In this document: positions 1 through 9,618 of the stretch, in pieces | Position numbering within the stretch: position 1 is the first letter of the stretch | Layout: the number at the start of each line of letters is the position of its first letter | IMG/VR virus record: IMGVR_UViG_3300017722_002753 | Location: 1 to 64,000 of that record | Source: a virus | Lineage: Duplodnaviria > Caudoviricetes | Strand: one strand, 5' to 3' | Length of the DNA: 64,000 bases | Notes under the pieces: generated by a model | Database searches by the model: none | Seen by the model: only the letters and a program-made list of their open reading frames with translations | What the model was told of the DNA's origin: nothing | Position numbers and translations under genes: made by a program

Positions 1-1644
1 GGTAAATGGCTTACATTTAATGATGAAGATAATGGTGTGTTTACTTACTCAAATGGTGTGGAAGTATTCACATACACTTGGGACCCAGCGTTATATTATG
101 TTGATATTGAGTGGAATTATGATGCAACCACGTCTGATGGTACAATGATTCTTGAAAAATGGGAAGTTGAACCTTTAAGTGGGTGGACATACAATGGACC
201 GGGTACATCACACATAGTTAACCCAACTGACGGTACAACAACTTTATTTAAAACTTGGACAGATGGAACATACATTAGACATAAAATAACACCTTCATCT
301 GATTTTATTGTTGTTTTAACTGAAACTCAAGGTGTCTCAAACACATACACAAATTTTCAAATATATAACACTAGTGGAACTCTTTTAGAAACAGTTTCAA
401 TGACTGAGGGTACAGTGGTTTCCGGCTTAGGAGTTGAATCATCGATAACTGCCGTTACATATAACAATTATTATGAAGAATTTCACGGAACAAACAAATT
501 TACCATAGTGTTCTATGACAGTAATAGTGAAACCACCAGTTATAAAATAATAAGTTACAATGGTGAGACAGAAAATTTAATTGTACGATACCATATTAGA
601 GGTCCTAAATATCCATCCATCAATACGGCCGGAGATAATAATTTTTACCCAGATGATGATGGAAATAATGGTGGCATTGTAATAACTTTACATAATAGTG
701 TAATTTCGAATTATATTGGTGATGAAGTTACATACTGTGATATTATGTATATGTTTGATAATCAAACATCGTTTAGCACATATACATTCGCAGACAACGT
801 ATCAAAAACAATCACTGATTATGGTCAATTAAGTGACATTTATAGAACTTCGTGTATAAATGGTGATGGTGTTGCATCTATGTTAACCCTTATGTCGGAT
901 GACGAACCCCATATAGAAAGTATGAATGTTAGTGTATCTGGTATTACTAATATGGATTGGGATCAGTTGGGTAATAGAACTGTTGTACAAATTATGACAA
1001 ACAATCTCAACAATGTAACTTACAAATACATTAATCAATCAGGTGTTGTAATTGGTGAATTAAACGATTATCTTTTAGTTTCACCATGGGCAACAAATGT
1101 GAACAGTTTTGGTGAAACGTCCTATCTTACAATCCAACATGAAGGTAATGATGGGTATTACGTATATAGTGGTAGTACTGGATTTACTCAAACAGATTAT
1201 TATAATAACTCATATGATACAGACTTTTATTCGTCACCTACAAGTAACTATGATGGCGCAATGGTTTTATATAATAATGACGAACTAGGTTTTAGAGTAT
1301 TATCATCAACCGGAATAACTAATGAATTTAATTTCCCTGAGTATAATCAATTTGACATTCGAGTTGGTGAGAGCAAATTTATGTTTGTATATAATGAAAC
1401 TTCAGGTGGTGTAACTAAAATAAGATTGTATGATTTTTCTGGAACACTATTAAACAGTGCAACAACAACTTGGACTAATGGTTGGGATAATATATATGGT
1501 GTTAAAGACCGATTTGTTGTAAAACAAGATACTGGAACTGAGGTTGAAATTTATTTAGTTAGTGAAGATACTATTACATCAGTAACAACTCAAGATTATA
1601 GTAGTGAAGAATCCACGAACGATTGGTTTTATGAAAATGACTAA
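1..1644 (+). CDS. Large acidic, beta-rich hypothetical protein, probably virion-associated; 5' truncated at the window edge
   Basis: The frame is open from base 1 (GKWLTFNDEDNG...), so the GTG at 37 is probably internal. Rich in T/N/Y/D. No family recognised. Confidence 0.6.
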   Translation, partial: GKWLTFNDEDNGVFTYSNGVEVFTYTWDPALYYVDIEWNYDATTSDGTMILEKWEVEPLSGWTYNGPGTSHIVNPTDGTTTLFKTWTDGTYIRHKITPSSDFIVVLTETQGVSNTYTNFQIYNTSGTLLETVSMTEGTVVSGLGVESSITAVTYNNYYEEFHGTNKFTIVFYDSNSETTSYKIISYNGETENLIVRYHIRGPKYPSINTAGDNNFYPDDDGNNGGIVITLHNSVISNYIGDEVTYCDIMYMFDNQTSFSTYTFADNVSKTITDYGQLSDIYRTSCINGDGVASMLTLMSDDEPHIESMNVSVSGITNMDWDQLGNRTVVQIMTNNLNNVTYKYINQSGVVIGELNDYLLVSPWATNVNSFGETSYLTIQHEGNDGYYVYSGSTGFTQTDYYNNSYDTDFYSSPTSNYDGAMVLYNNDELGFRVLSSTGITNEFNFPEYNQFDIRVGESKFMFVYNETSGGVTKIRLYDFSGTLLNSATTTWTNGWDNIYGVKDRFVVKQDTGTEVEIYLVSEDTITSVTTQDYSSEESTNDWFYEND

Positions 1645-1664
1645 AAATTAAAAAAAAATAAATT

Positions 1665-1907
1665 ATGAAAATATTAGATATTGATGTTAAAATCATCAAA
1701 AACAAACAAAAAATTAAAAGGTTTCAAAAAACTTTTAACACTAATGAACCATTAACTGTTGAACACATTAAAGGTGTTATTAAAGATGAAATGGGATTTC
1801 CATTTGAAATAGTAAAAGAAGAATTTTACTGTAAGTCAAATGAATTAAAAAATGAAGATTCCACACCATTTTTATCAGGTAACGAATTTATTTTAACAAT
1901 TAAGTAA
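1665..1907 (+). CDS. Hypothetical protein (80 aa)
   Basis: ATG follows an A-rich leader; TAATG stop/start overlap with the next gene. Confidence 0.65.
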   Translation: MKILDIDVKIIKNKQKIKRFQKTFNTNEPLTVEHIKGVIKDEMGFPFEIVKEEFYCKSNELKNEDSTPFLSGNEFILTIK

Positions 1908-2275
1908 TGGAATTTTTTATAAGACAAGGGGCAACAGAACCAATCCTTAAAATGAGATTGATTGATGACGGTAAAAACGACAAGTCGTCCTTTAATGATA
2001 TGCTAGAAAATTCCGACATCACATTTGAAATGTTTGATGTTAAAACAGAAGAATATCATATTTTAAATGGTCAATGTTTATTAACGACAAGGACAAAAAA
2101 GTACGACCAAACAACAGATGAATATTATATAACATATAGATTCACTGAAGAAGGAACATCAAAAAAGGGTAAATATGAAGGAATTATAACAATACAATTC
2201 TTAGATACCAATTCAAGTCCCACAACAAAACTGATTCTACCAATCAAAGAGAAACTTTTCATTAACGTAATTTGA
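1907..2275 (+). CDS. Small Ig-like structural protein, BppU N-terminal-like
   Basis: The pattern FFIRQGATEPILKMRLID...YITYRFTEEGTSKKGKYEGIITIQF resembles BppU-N/DUF2479-type domains; recognised by eye. Confidence 0.5.
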   Translation: MEFFIRQGATEPILKMRLIDDGKNDKSSFNDMLENSDITFEMFDVKTEEYHILNGQCLLTTRTKKYDQTTDEYYITYRFTEEGTSKKGKYEGIITIQFLDTNSSPTTKLILPIKEKLFINVI

Positions 2276-2300
2276 TAATCTAACATTTTTTTCGTATAAT
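2272..2300 (+). promoter_or_regulatory. Sigma70-type promoter upstream of the DNA polymerase gene
   Basis: TTGATA (2272-2277), a 17 nt spacer, then TATAAT (2295-2300). Confidence 0.5.
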
Positions 2301-2364
2301 TGTAATGTAAAGACTAACTGTGGATTCCCCACAAGTAAATGTGTCACATTAAAAAAAAATTATA

Positions 2365-5262
2365 ATGAAAGAAGTTATCTCTCAGGAAATTATCGAGAAT
2401 TTCCTTAATGGTGGCGACCCCGAAGAATTCATCGTGGGAGTCGAGTATGATTACCCCACCAACACAATTTTCAAAATTATTCAAGACCCTGAACAGGGTA
2501 AAATCGTAAAACCTGATTCTTACACACCATTTTTATGGGTTGGGGATTTAATCGGTTTAGGTTTTTATAATGATTCCAAAGCGTTGCAAAAAAGAGCAAT
2601 GGCTAAACATGGTATTATTATTGACAAATTAGAAACTCATGGAAATGAAAGACTTGAAATGGGTATGAAATACTTAATTAAAAGTATTAAAAGTTATACC
2701 AATTTAACAAGTTTCTTTAGAGAAGGTGGTATTGATCCTTGGAATGAAAATTTTAGAAAATATTTTACCGTTCTATCTCCGGTAGAACAATATCTCATAC
2801 AAAAGAAAAAAAGATTATTTAAAGGGATTGATGAATACAATGGTGTTTATCGATTTGTATTTGATATTGAGACCACCGGTCTTGACCCTGAAACTTGCAA
2901 TATCATTTTGATTGGAGTTAAGGATAACCGTGGTTTAAATGAAACAATACCCGCCTTTGGTGAGGACGGTGAAAAAAAATGTATCGAAAGATTTTTTAAA
3001 CATATAAAAGATTTAAAACCTACAATTGTTGCAGGTTATAACTCCGCTTTCTTTGACTGGCCGTTTATATTAAAACGTGCACAGATTCTTGGTGTAGATG
3101 TTAATAGATTAACACAAATATTCACCAAAATTGGAATGAAAGAGAAAGAGGGAATGTTAAAACTCGCGAATGAAGTTGAACCATATAAACAACATGTTAT
3201 TTGGGGTTTTAATATTATTGATATTGCACACTCAGTTCGTAGAGCTCAAGCAATTAATTCAGAAATTAAATCGTGGGGTTTGAAATACATCACCACATAT
3301 TTGGAAAAAGAAAAACCTAATCGAGTTTATGTTGATGGTGGAAAAATTTCAAAGATTTATCTTGACAACGAAAGTTATTACGTCAATCCAAAAACAGGTG
3401 GTTACAAACAAATAGGTGAGCCAGGAACGGACGGTTTGTTAGAAAAATATCCGGGTAAATTTGAAATATGGACAGGAAGAAAAATTGTAGAACAGTATCT
3501 TGACGATGACTTGTATGAGACGATGATTGTAGATGATTCGTTCTCTCAATCAACATTCCTTCTTTCTAAATTAGTACCAACAACCTATGAAAGAATTGCA
3601 ACAATGGGTACTGCAACATTGTGGAAGATTATCATGTTAGCGTGGTCTTATGAAAACAATTTGGCAATTCCTGCAAAAGATGAAAAACGTGCAATCACAG
3701 GAGGATTATCAAGATTATTAAATGTTGGTTTCTCAAAGAACATTGTTAAGTTTGACTATTCATCACTTTATCCATCCATACAACTTGTATATGATGTTTT
3801 CCCTGAATGTGATGTTATGGGTGTACAAAAATCGATGTTAAAATATTTCCGTAATATTCGTATTAAATATAAACATTTAGCCGGTGAACTAAAAGATAGT
3901 GACCCCGTTGCTGCGGAAATGTACGACCGTAAACAATTACCGATTAAGATTTTTATTAATGCATACTTTGGTAGTTTATCGGCACCACAAGTATTCCCTT
4001 GGGGTGATATGAATATGGGCGAAACTATTACGTGTGTTGGTCGTCAATGTTTACGTATGATGATTATGTTCTTTCAAAAGAAAGGTTATAAACCTCTTGT
4101 AATGGATACTGATGGTGTAAACTTTGAAACACCTGAAGACATTAATGATACCATTTATATTGGTAAAGGTTTAAATGAATTGGTGATTGAGGGTAAAGAA
4201 TATCGAGGTATTGAGGCTAATACTGCAGAGTTCAATGATATATTCATGAGAAATGAAATGGGATTAGATATTGACTATGTTGCACCAGCTTGTATTAATG
4301 TTTCTCGTAAAAACTACATCATTAAGATGATGAAAAAAGGTAAAGAGAAAATTAAATTAACAGGTAATACAATCAAGTCAAAAAAATTACAAACGTATAT
4401 TGTTGAGTTCTTAGATGAAGGATTAAAACATTTATTAAATGGTGATGGACTATCTTTTGTAGAATTGTATTATGATTACGTGGAGAAGATTTATAATAAA
4501 GAAATACCGTTATCAAAAATTGCAAACAAAGCACGTGTTAAACAATCTGTGGAAGATTATAAAAAATACATTAAAAAAACAACTAAAGCAGGTTCATTAA
4601 TGTCTCGTCAAGCACACATGGAATTGGTAATTGAAAATGAACATCCGGCTGGTTTGGGTGACACAATTTACTATGTAAATAACGGACTTAAAAAATCAGA
4701 TGGTGATGTGCAAAAAGTAACAAAACCAACAAAGAAGGCACAAGATGAGTTTTTAGCAACACACGGTATACAGATGCCATCCGAATATTTAAAAATCAAT
4801 TGTTATATGATTGATGAAAAAGAAATATTAAATAATCCCGATTTAAAAGGTGATTATAATGTTGCACGTTATTTAAATAATTTTAACAAAAGATTAGAAC
4901 CATTGCTTTGTGTTTTTAAAACTGATGTGCGTGATGATATTTTAATTGAGGACCCAAAGGATAGACAATTCTTTACAAAACTACAATGTGATTTAGTAAA
5001 CGGTTTTCCATTAAAAGAAGATGGACAAGATAAATTAGATGAGGTTATGACTTTAGCTGATAGTGAAGTTATATTTTGGAACCGTGTTGGTAGAGATCCA
5101 TTCTTTATGTATGTAGAAAATAGTTTAGAACTTGCAGACCAATTTTGGGTGGATCACAATAGAAAAGTTGTATCGTTACAAGCTGATAGTATCAGAAGTA
5201 ATGAAGATGAAATTATAGAAACTAATGGTAATGATTATGCACTACACGCAGTAGAATCTTAA
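2365..5262 (+). CDS. polB: DNA polymerase family B with 3'-5' exonuclease
   Basis: ExoI FDIETTG, ExoII GYNSAFFD, ExoIII YLDDDL; polymerase motif A FDYSSLYPS, motif B KIFINAYFG, motif C MDTDG. Confidence 0.95.
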   Translation: MKEVISQEIIENFLNGGDPEEFIVGVEYDYPTNTIFKIIQDPEQGKIVKPDSYTPFLWVGDLIGLGFYNDSKALQKRAMAKHGIIIDKLETHGNERLEMGMKYLIKSIKSYTNLTSFFREGGIDPWNENFRKYFTVLSPVEQYLIQKKKRLFKGIDEYNGVYRFVFDIETTGLDPETCNIILIGVKDNRGLNETIPAFGEDGEKKCIERFFKHIKDLKPTIVAGYNSAFFDWPFILKRAQILGVDVNRLTQIFTKIGMKEKEGMLKLANEVEPYKQHVIWGFNIIDIAHSVRRAQAINSEIKSWGLKYITTYLEKEKPNRVYVDGGKISKIYLDNESYYVNPKTGGYKQIGEPGTDGLLEKYPGKFEIWTGRKIVEQYLDDDLYETMIVDDSFSQSTFLLSKLVPTTYERIATMGTATLWKIIMLAWSYENNLAIPAKDEKRAITGGLSRLLNVGFSKNIVKFDYSSLYPSIQLVYDVFPECDVMGVQKSMLKYFRNIRIKYKHLAGELKDSDPVAAEMYDRKQLPIKIFINAYFGSLSAPQVFPWGDMNMGETITCVGRQCLRMMIMFFQKKGYKPLVMDTDGVNFETPEDINDTIYIGKGLNELVIEGKEYRGIEANTAEFNDIFMRNEMGLDIDYVAPACINVSRKNYIIKMMKKGKEKIKLTGNTIKSKKLQTYIVEFLDEGLKHLLNGDGLSFVELYYDYVEKIYNKEIPLSKIANKARVKQSVEDYKKYIKKTTKAGSLMSRQAHMELVIENEHPAGLGDTIYYVNNGLKKSDGDVQKVTKPTKKAQDEFLATHGIQMPSEYLKINCYMIDEKEILNNPDLKGDYNVARYLNNFNKRLEPLLCVFKTDVRDDILIEDPKDRQFFTKLQCDLVNGFPLKEDGQDKLDEVMTLADSEVIFWNRVGRDPFFMYVENSLELADQFWVDHNRKVVSLQADSIRSNEDEIIETNGNDYALHAVES

Positions 5263-6377
5263 ATTACGTTGTATGGAGATTGAAACGGTCTATATTTTAA
5301 AGACTTATTAAGATTTTCAGCTTCATTACCTTTTCTTTCAAGTATTTTTTCAGGACGAAGTCTTTCAAGTCTCTGCATAAGTTCTTCTACCAATTTAGTT
5401 TTTTCATCTTTTGCTTCTGTAAGTAATGATGAGTAATCTAATTTAACTGAACTATCAGGGACTTGTAAGTCTCCTGAGAATTTACCCCAAATTCTAGCTA
5501 AACCTTCTTTTGCAAATGCAATCAAATATTTTCTTACCCAGTTTTGTGCGGGTTTATTTAATGAATCCCAAGTCAATTGTTCAGTGTCAACATCAGACGG
5601 TAATTTAACCACATCCTTATTTTGGTCTAAACATGTATCTCTATCCATTGTTTCGTAATACCAATACCAAACTTTAAAGTTATTTCTTTTAATATTACCG
5701 AAATCAAATTTACCACCAGGTACATTGTATAGGTGAACTATTTTTGTTCCATTTGGACCCGCGGTAACTCTATATGTTAATTCACCACCAATTAATCTAT
5801 TTTTAAGGTTTCTATCACCCATTCTTAATATTAAATCAAACGTCGGCATCATAAAATATGATCCTGACATACCCACTTGTGCAAATCCACCTACACCACC
5901 AAATCCACCACCTCCAAGACCTCCAAATCCCCCCAAGAAGGGGTCAACCATGGAATCTGTTAATTCGGCCCTTGTGAACCATAAGAGTTCATTTAATTCC
6001 CTTCCAGCGGGTATAGAGTATGTCTGAACATTAGCTTCAAGTTCAATAAAATCTTTCTTTAATTCCCAATCACCACCTGTCTGTAAACCTACAATTTTGG
6101 AATATGAGTAGGTATATTGAGTTTCGTAATCTAAACTTCTTGTGGTAAACGCTCTTGTTAAAGACTGAGTATCAACGTTCAATCCCGCTAAAGCCGACCA
6201 TTGAGATTCAATTAACCAATCTGAAACGTATTGCTCGTATTCAGAAAGGGATAACTCAATAAAGGTGTCCATTTGTTCCTCTGTTAGTTCAATTCCACGA
6301 ACTGGCATACCTAACAAGTGAAATACCTGTGTGTATAACTTCTCTTTTTCGGGTTGTGATATTATAGTTGCACTCAT
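5259..6377 (-). CDS. Neck / head-tail adaptor protein (T4 gp13-like)
   Basis: N-terminal LLGMPVRGIELTEEQMDTFIELSL and C-terminal LARIWGKFSG...KLDYSSLLTEAKDEK match the gp13-type pattern; next to other neck genes. Confidence 0.7.
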   Translation of the reverse strand: MSATIISQPEKEKLYTQVFHLLGMPVRGIELTEEQMDTFIELSLSEYEQYVSDWLIESQWSALAGLNVDTQSLTRAFTTRSLDYETQYTYSYSKIVGLQTGGDWELKKDFIELEANVQTYSIPAGRELNELLWFTRAELTDSMVDPFLGGFGGLGGGGFGGVGGFAQVGMSGSYFMMPTFDLILRMGDRNLKNRLIGGELTYRVTAGPNGTKIVHLYNVPGGKFDFGNIKRNNFKVWYWYYETMDRDTCLDQNKDVVKLPSDVDTEQLTWDSLNKPAQNWVRKYLIAFAKEGLARIWGKFSGDLQVPDSSVKLDYSSLLTEAKDEKTKLVEELMQRLERLRPEKILERKGNEAENLNKSLKYRPFQSPYNVI

Positions 6378-6394
6378 ATTATTTGGAATATTAC

Positions 6395-6402
6395 TATAAA
6401 TA
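6395..6402 (-). promoter_or_regulatory. Putative late promoter motif TATTTATA (neck gene)
   Basis: Reads TATTTATA on the coding strand, 18 nt upstream of the ATG at 6377; the same motif precedes many structural genes. Confidence 0.5.
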
Positions 6403-6405
6403 TCT

Positions 6406-6413
6406 TATATTTG
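6406..6413 (+). promoter_or_regulatory. Bacteroidota-type -7 promoter element TAnnTTTG
   Basis: TATATTTG lies just upstream of the ATG at 6418. It is a single short match in AT-rich DNA. Confidence 0.3.
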
Positions 6414-6417
6414 TATT

Positions 6418-7305
6418 ATGGATATTAAAAGAATACCGAGTTTAGGTTTTTATACTCGAGAGGAGACTGCAATTTTTGATTTTTGTATTTCTGAGAATCA
6501 ATTAAAGGAAGAAATAATTAAATCAATTGGAAACATATTGGAGTCGATTTATAAACCTTTTCCTGATAGATGGTCTCTTAGATTAACAAGAGAAGATGAA
6601 CCATATTATGGTGTGGTCTATATATATGACGGTATGGTAATTTGGGGGGACATAAACAGATTAAACACAAATTATACCGCACTTACACATTTGTTAAATC
6701 GATTATATTTTATCTTTAAAAGAGATAATATTGATGATTCGTTAATTTTTAATGGAAATGTTTTTAATGATTTGACTACCATTAGAAAAATGATGAGGTA
6801 TGTGGAAAAATATAAATATGAATTATTATCCGATGAATGTGAATTTTATCACGAACTTGTTGAATATTGTATTAGGTCATGGGAACAAGGTCAAAAATAT
6901 ACAAAAGATTTTGTAAAAAATTATAAAACATATCTTCCCGAATCTTGCGGTATTGAGGTTAACGATGATTTACCGGGAGAACCTGCAGACATGTTTAATG
7001 GATATGATTGCATTTTATTATTCAAAAGTTTAAAAACAAATGAAATTAAAAAATATGGAACACAAATAAAAGGAATTAAATGGTGTCAATTTAGAGATGA
7101 TAAGAAATATCATATTAGGGTTACAATGAAAATTGAAAAATACAGAGATGTTAAATTTTTTGTTTTTTATGATAATTCTAATAGTGAAATATATATTTTT
7201 AAAAATGATTTATCTCAAATTGGAGTAAGTGTAGAAAATGGAGTTAAGGTTTTTTCTTTCCCTGAAAAATTACTTTGTAAACCAATAATAAAATATGTGA
7301 AGTAA
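6418..7305 (+). CDS. Hypothetical protein, possible PD-(D/E)XK nuclease fold in the C-terminal half
   Basis: 295 aa ORF; the PADMFNGYDCILL...GTQIKG arrangement resembles D...D...(Q/E)xK. Confidence 0.4.
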   Translation: MDIKRIPSLGFYTREETAIFDFCISENQLKEEIIKSIGNILESIYKPFPDRWSLRLTREDEPYYGVVYIYDGMVIWGDINRLNTNYTALTHLLNRLYFIFKRDNIDDSLIFNGNVFNDLTTIRKMMRYVEKYKYELLSDECEFYHELVEYCIRSWEQGQKYTKDFVKNYKTYLPESCGIEVNDDLPGEPADMFNGYDCILLFKSLKTNEIKKYGTQIKGIKWCQFRDDKKYHIRVTMKIEKYRDVKFFVFYDNSNSEIYIFKNDLSQIGVSVENGVKVFSFPEKLLCKPIIKYVK

Positions 7306-7306
7306 T

Positions 7307-9049
7307 TTAAAGTAATGCTTTAAGTAAATCTTTACTGAATGATTCAGAATATTCCCCGTCACCCATTACTTGGTCGATAACATTCTTTTTCTTTTGTAAA
7401 ATATTATAAATTACTTTTTCAACGGTGTTCTCAAATACAGGATAGTATACAAGAACACTATTTTTTTGTCCATATCTATACGCCCTATCTTCACCTTGTG
7501 AGTGGTCCGCGGGAACAAATGATAAGTCATTCATAATAACGACTTCAGCGGCGGTTAAAGTAATACCAACACCCGCAGCTTTAATGTTACCAATAAACAC
7601 TTTTATCTTGTCATCGTTTTGAAATCTATCGACATTCTCTTGTCGTTTATCTTTATTCATACGACCATCAAGTGTTACAGAATTCTTTTTGTATTTTTCA
7701 TGCAACATATCAAGAGTCATTGTAAAATTAGTGAATATAATTACCTTCTTTCCTTGTTCTAAACATTTGTCAATCAACTCACATGTGTATGGAATTTTTT
7801 CATAAGAAATAAGTTGTCGAATTTTCATTAAACGATTCAAGGTTACACTAATAGTTTCATCGTCTTTTTTGTCATTACTAATACGTGTAAACTCTTCTAA
7901 CTCCTCATCATACATCTTACTTGTTAATTCAACAAAAACTGGTGTAACAATCTTTTCAGGTAAATCAAGAATATCAGTTTTCATTCTACGTAAAACAACA
8001 TTCTTGGTACGTTCCCTTAATTCATCTAAATTACTTGCACCACTCGTATTCCATACCCTACGATTACCAACACTAAATTGAAATCCTTTACAATATCTAC
8101 GAACATAAGATTGCCAATTTAATGTTAATGGTGAATCGACAATTTTTAATAAATTAAAATAATTTATTGGTCGAGAAGTCATTGGTGTTCCTGTTAATAA
8201 CCAAACTTTAGGTATGGTTTCAAGAACATCATTTAATAAGCGAGTTCTATTTGCGGTTGCGTTTGAAATATAGTGAGCCTCATCTACGATTGCCAAGTCA
8301 AAATTGGCATTAACCAAAAGTTTATAATCGTCGCTATCTTCACTCTTGTCTGTAGTGTGGTAGTTTTTAATAATATCATAATTAATAATGTAGAAATCAA
8401 AAGTAGAACCCCATTTACGTCCTTCGACAATTAAAACTTTTCTATCTGAATAGTTTCTTATTTCCCTTTCCCAATTTATTTTTAAAGATGCGGGACAAAC
8501 AATAAGTATCTTCCTCGCTTTACTTTCTAAAGACGCAATTACTGCTGATGTTGTTTTACCTAAACCCATATCGTCAGCAAGAATAAACTTATCATTTGCC
8601 AATAGTTTCTCAACTGCAATTTTTTGATGGTCCATCGGAGGTCTTGTACTATATGGAGAATAATCAATAACTCTATTTAATTTCTTTTCCTCTTGTACTA
8701 TTGCTGCTTTAGGTAACCAAAACGCACTATTTTGTTCACTATCTAAAATTTTACCCCAAATATGAAACGCTTTATCTGAATCACATAATAATTTTTCACA
8801 CCAAATTTGTTCAACAGGTTTAGTTAGAAGTTTTTCTTCCATAATTTTCTCACCAAACGTACTAATAATTTTAATGTATTTGCGTGCAACTTTAGGTGTC
8901 ACATCTTTATATTTCATAACATATTCCGACTGAGGTCTGGTTAATTTAAAGTTTTTAACATCTATAAATTTTCTCTTCCATTCCAATAATTGATTATTGG
9001 AACCCTCGTATAATGATAATATTTCTCTAGCTTCAATTTCTGGTATCAT
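7307..9049 (-). CDS. SNF2/SWI2-family helicase
   Basis: ILADDMGLGKT (motif I), IVDEAH (II), LLTGTP (III), AAGVGITLTAA (V), QGEDRAYRYGQ (VI). Confidence 0.92.
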   Translation of the reverse strand: MIPEIEAREILSLYEGSNNQLLEWKRKFIDVKNFKLTRPQSEYVMKYKDVTPKVARKYIKIISTFGEKIMEEKLLTKPVEQIWCEKLLCDSDKAFHIWGKILDSEQNSAFWLPKAAIVQEEKKLNRVIDYSPYSTRPPMDHQKIAVEKLLANDKFILADDMGLGKTTSAVIASLESKARKILIVCPASLKINWEREIRNYSDRKVLIVEGRKWGSTFDFYIINYDIIKNYHTTDKSEDSDDYKLLVNANFDLAIVDEAHYISNATANRTRLLNDVLETIPKVWLLTGTPMTSRPINYFNLLKIVDSPLTLNWQSYVRRYCKGFQFSVGNRRVWNTSGASNLDELRERTKNVVLRRMKTDILDLPEKIVTPVFVELTSKMYDEELEEFTRISNDKKDDETISVTLNRLMKIRQLISYEKIPYTCELIDKCLEQGKKVIIFTNFTMTLDMLHEKYKKNSVTLDGRMNKDKRQENVDRFQNDDKIKVFIGNIKAAGVGITLTAAEVVIMNDLSFVPADHSQGEDRAYRYGQKNSVLVYYPVFENTVEKVIYNILQKKKNVIDQVMGDGEYSESFSKDLLKALL

Positions 9050-9104
9050 AACTTCTTATAAAATATACATAAATAGAATGGAACATTAAACTATTTATTA
9101 GGAT

Positions 9105-9617
9105 ATGAATAACAAACTACCAATAACAAGATTAGGTAAATTCTTCTCAAAGGACGATTTTGATGTTAACATTCAAATGGGTCAGGAATACCTACACGGG
9201 GACTTGAACATGAAATTAGTCCTATATCGTGTTGATAGGGGTAAAACTGAGACTGATGCAATCTATGCTGAAGTAGGTAAGGATGAGGTTAAATTTTTAC
9301 CACCTATTGAATTTAATGCGTTAGTTAAGATTGATGAGCCTAAAAACTCAACATATAAGTCGGGATTAATTAGATATAATGAGCCGGGTAATTTAACATT
9401 ATCGGTTTATATTAGTCATTTACAAGATTTAGGTATCGATATAAGATATGGTGATTATATAGGGTATGCCGATTCAGAAGAAAAATTAAGATACTATACC
9501 GTATCAAATGATGGAAGAGTTACGTCGGACAATAAACATAAGATGTTTGGTTATAAACCTCATTACCGAACTATAACCTGTGTACCAACACAGCAAGGTG
9601 AATTTAGAGGAGTTTAA
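9105..9617 (+). CDS. Head closure / neck protein (gp14-like)
   Basis: Lies between a gp13-like and a gp15-like gene; beta-rich 170 aa; preceded by TATTTATT at 9092-9099. Confidence 0.5.
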   Translation: MNNKLPITRLGKFFSKDDFDVNIQMGQEYLHGDLNMKLVLYRVDRGKTETDAIYAEVGKDEVKFLPPIEFNALVKIDEPKNSTYKSGLIRYNEPGNLTLSVYISHLQDLGIDIRYGDYIGYADSEEKLRYYTVSNDGRVTSDNKHKMFGYKPHYRTITCVPTQQGEFRGV

Positions 9618-9618
9618 T

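Noticed and set aside
7869-8081. Numerous short ORFs nested antisense or out of frame within long genes (for example 7869-8081, 13620-13925, 17022-17462, 18895-19467)
   Set aside because: They are fully overlapped by well-supported CDSs and have no recognisable motifs.
9580-9618. ORF-track starts at 9580, 28986, 31477, 45672 and 48202
   Set aside because: Each overlaps an upstream gene or lacks leader context. Downstream ATGs at 9619, 29019, 31522, 45687 and 48208 fit better.
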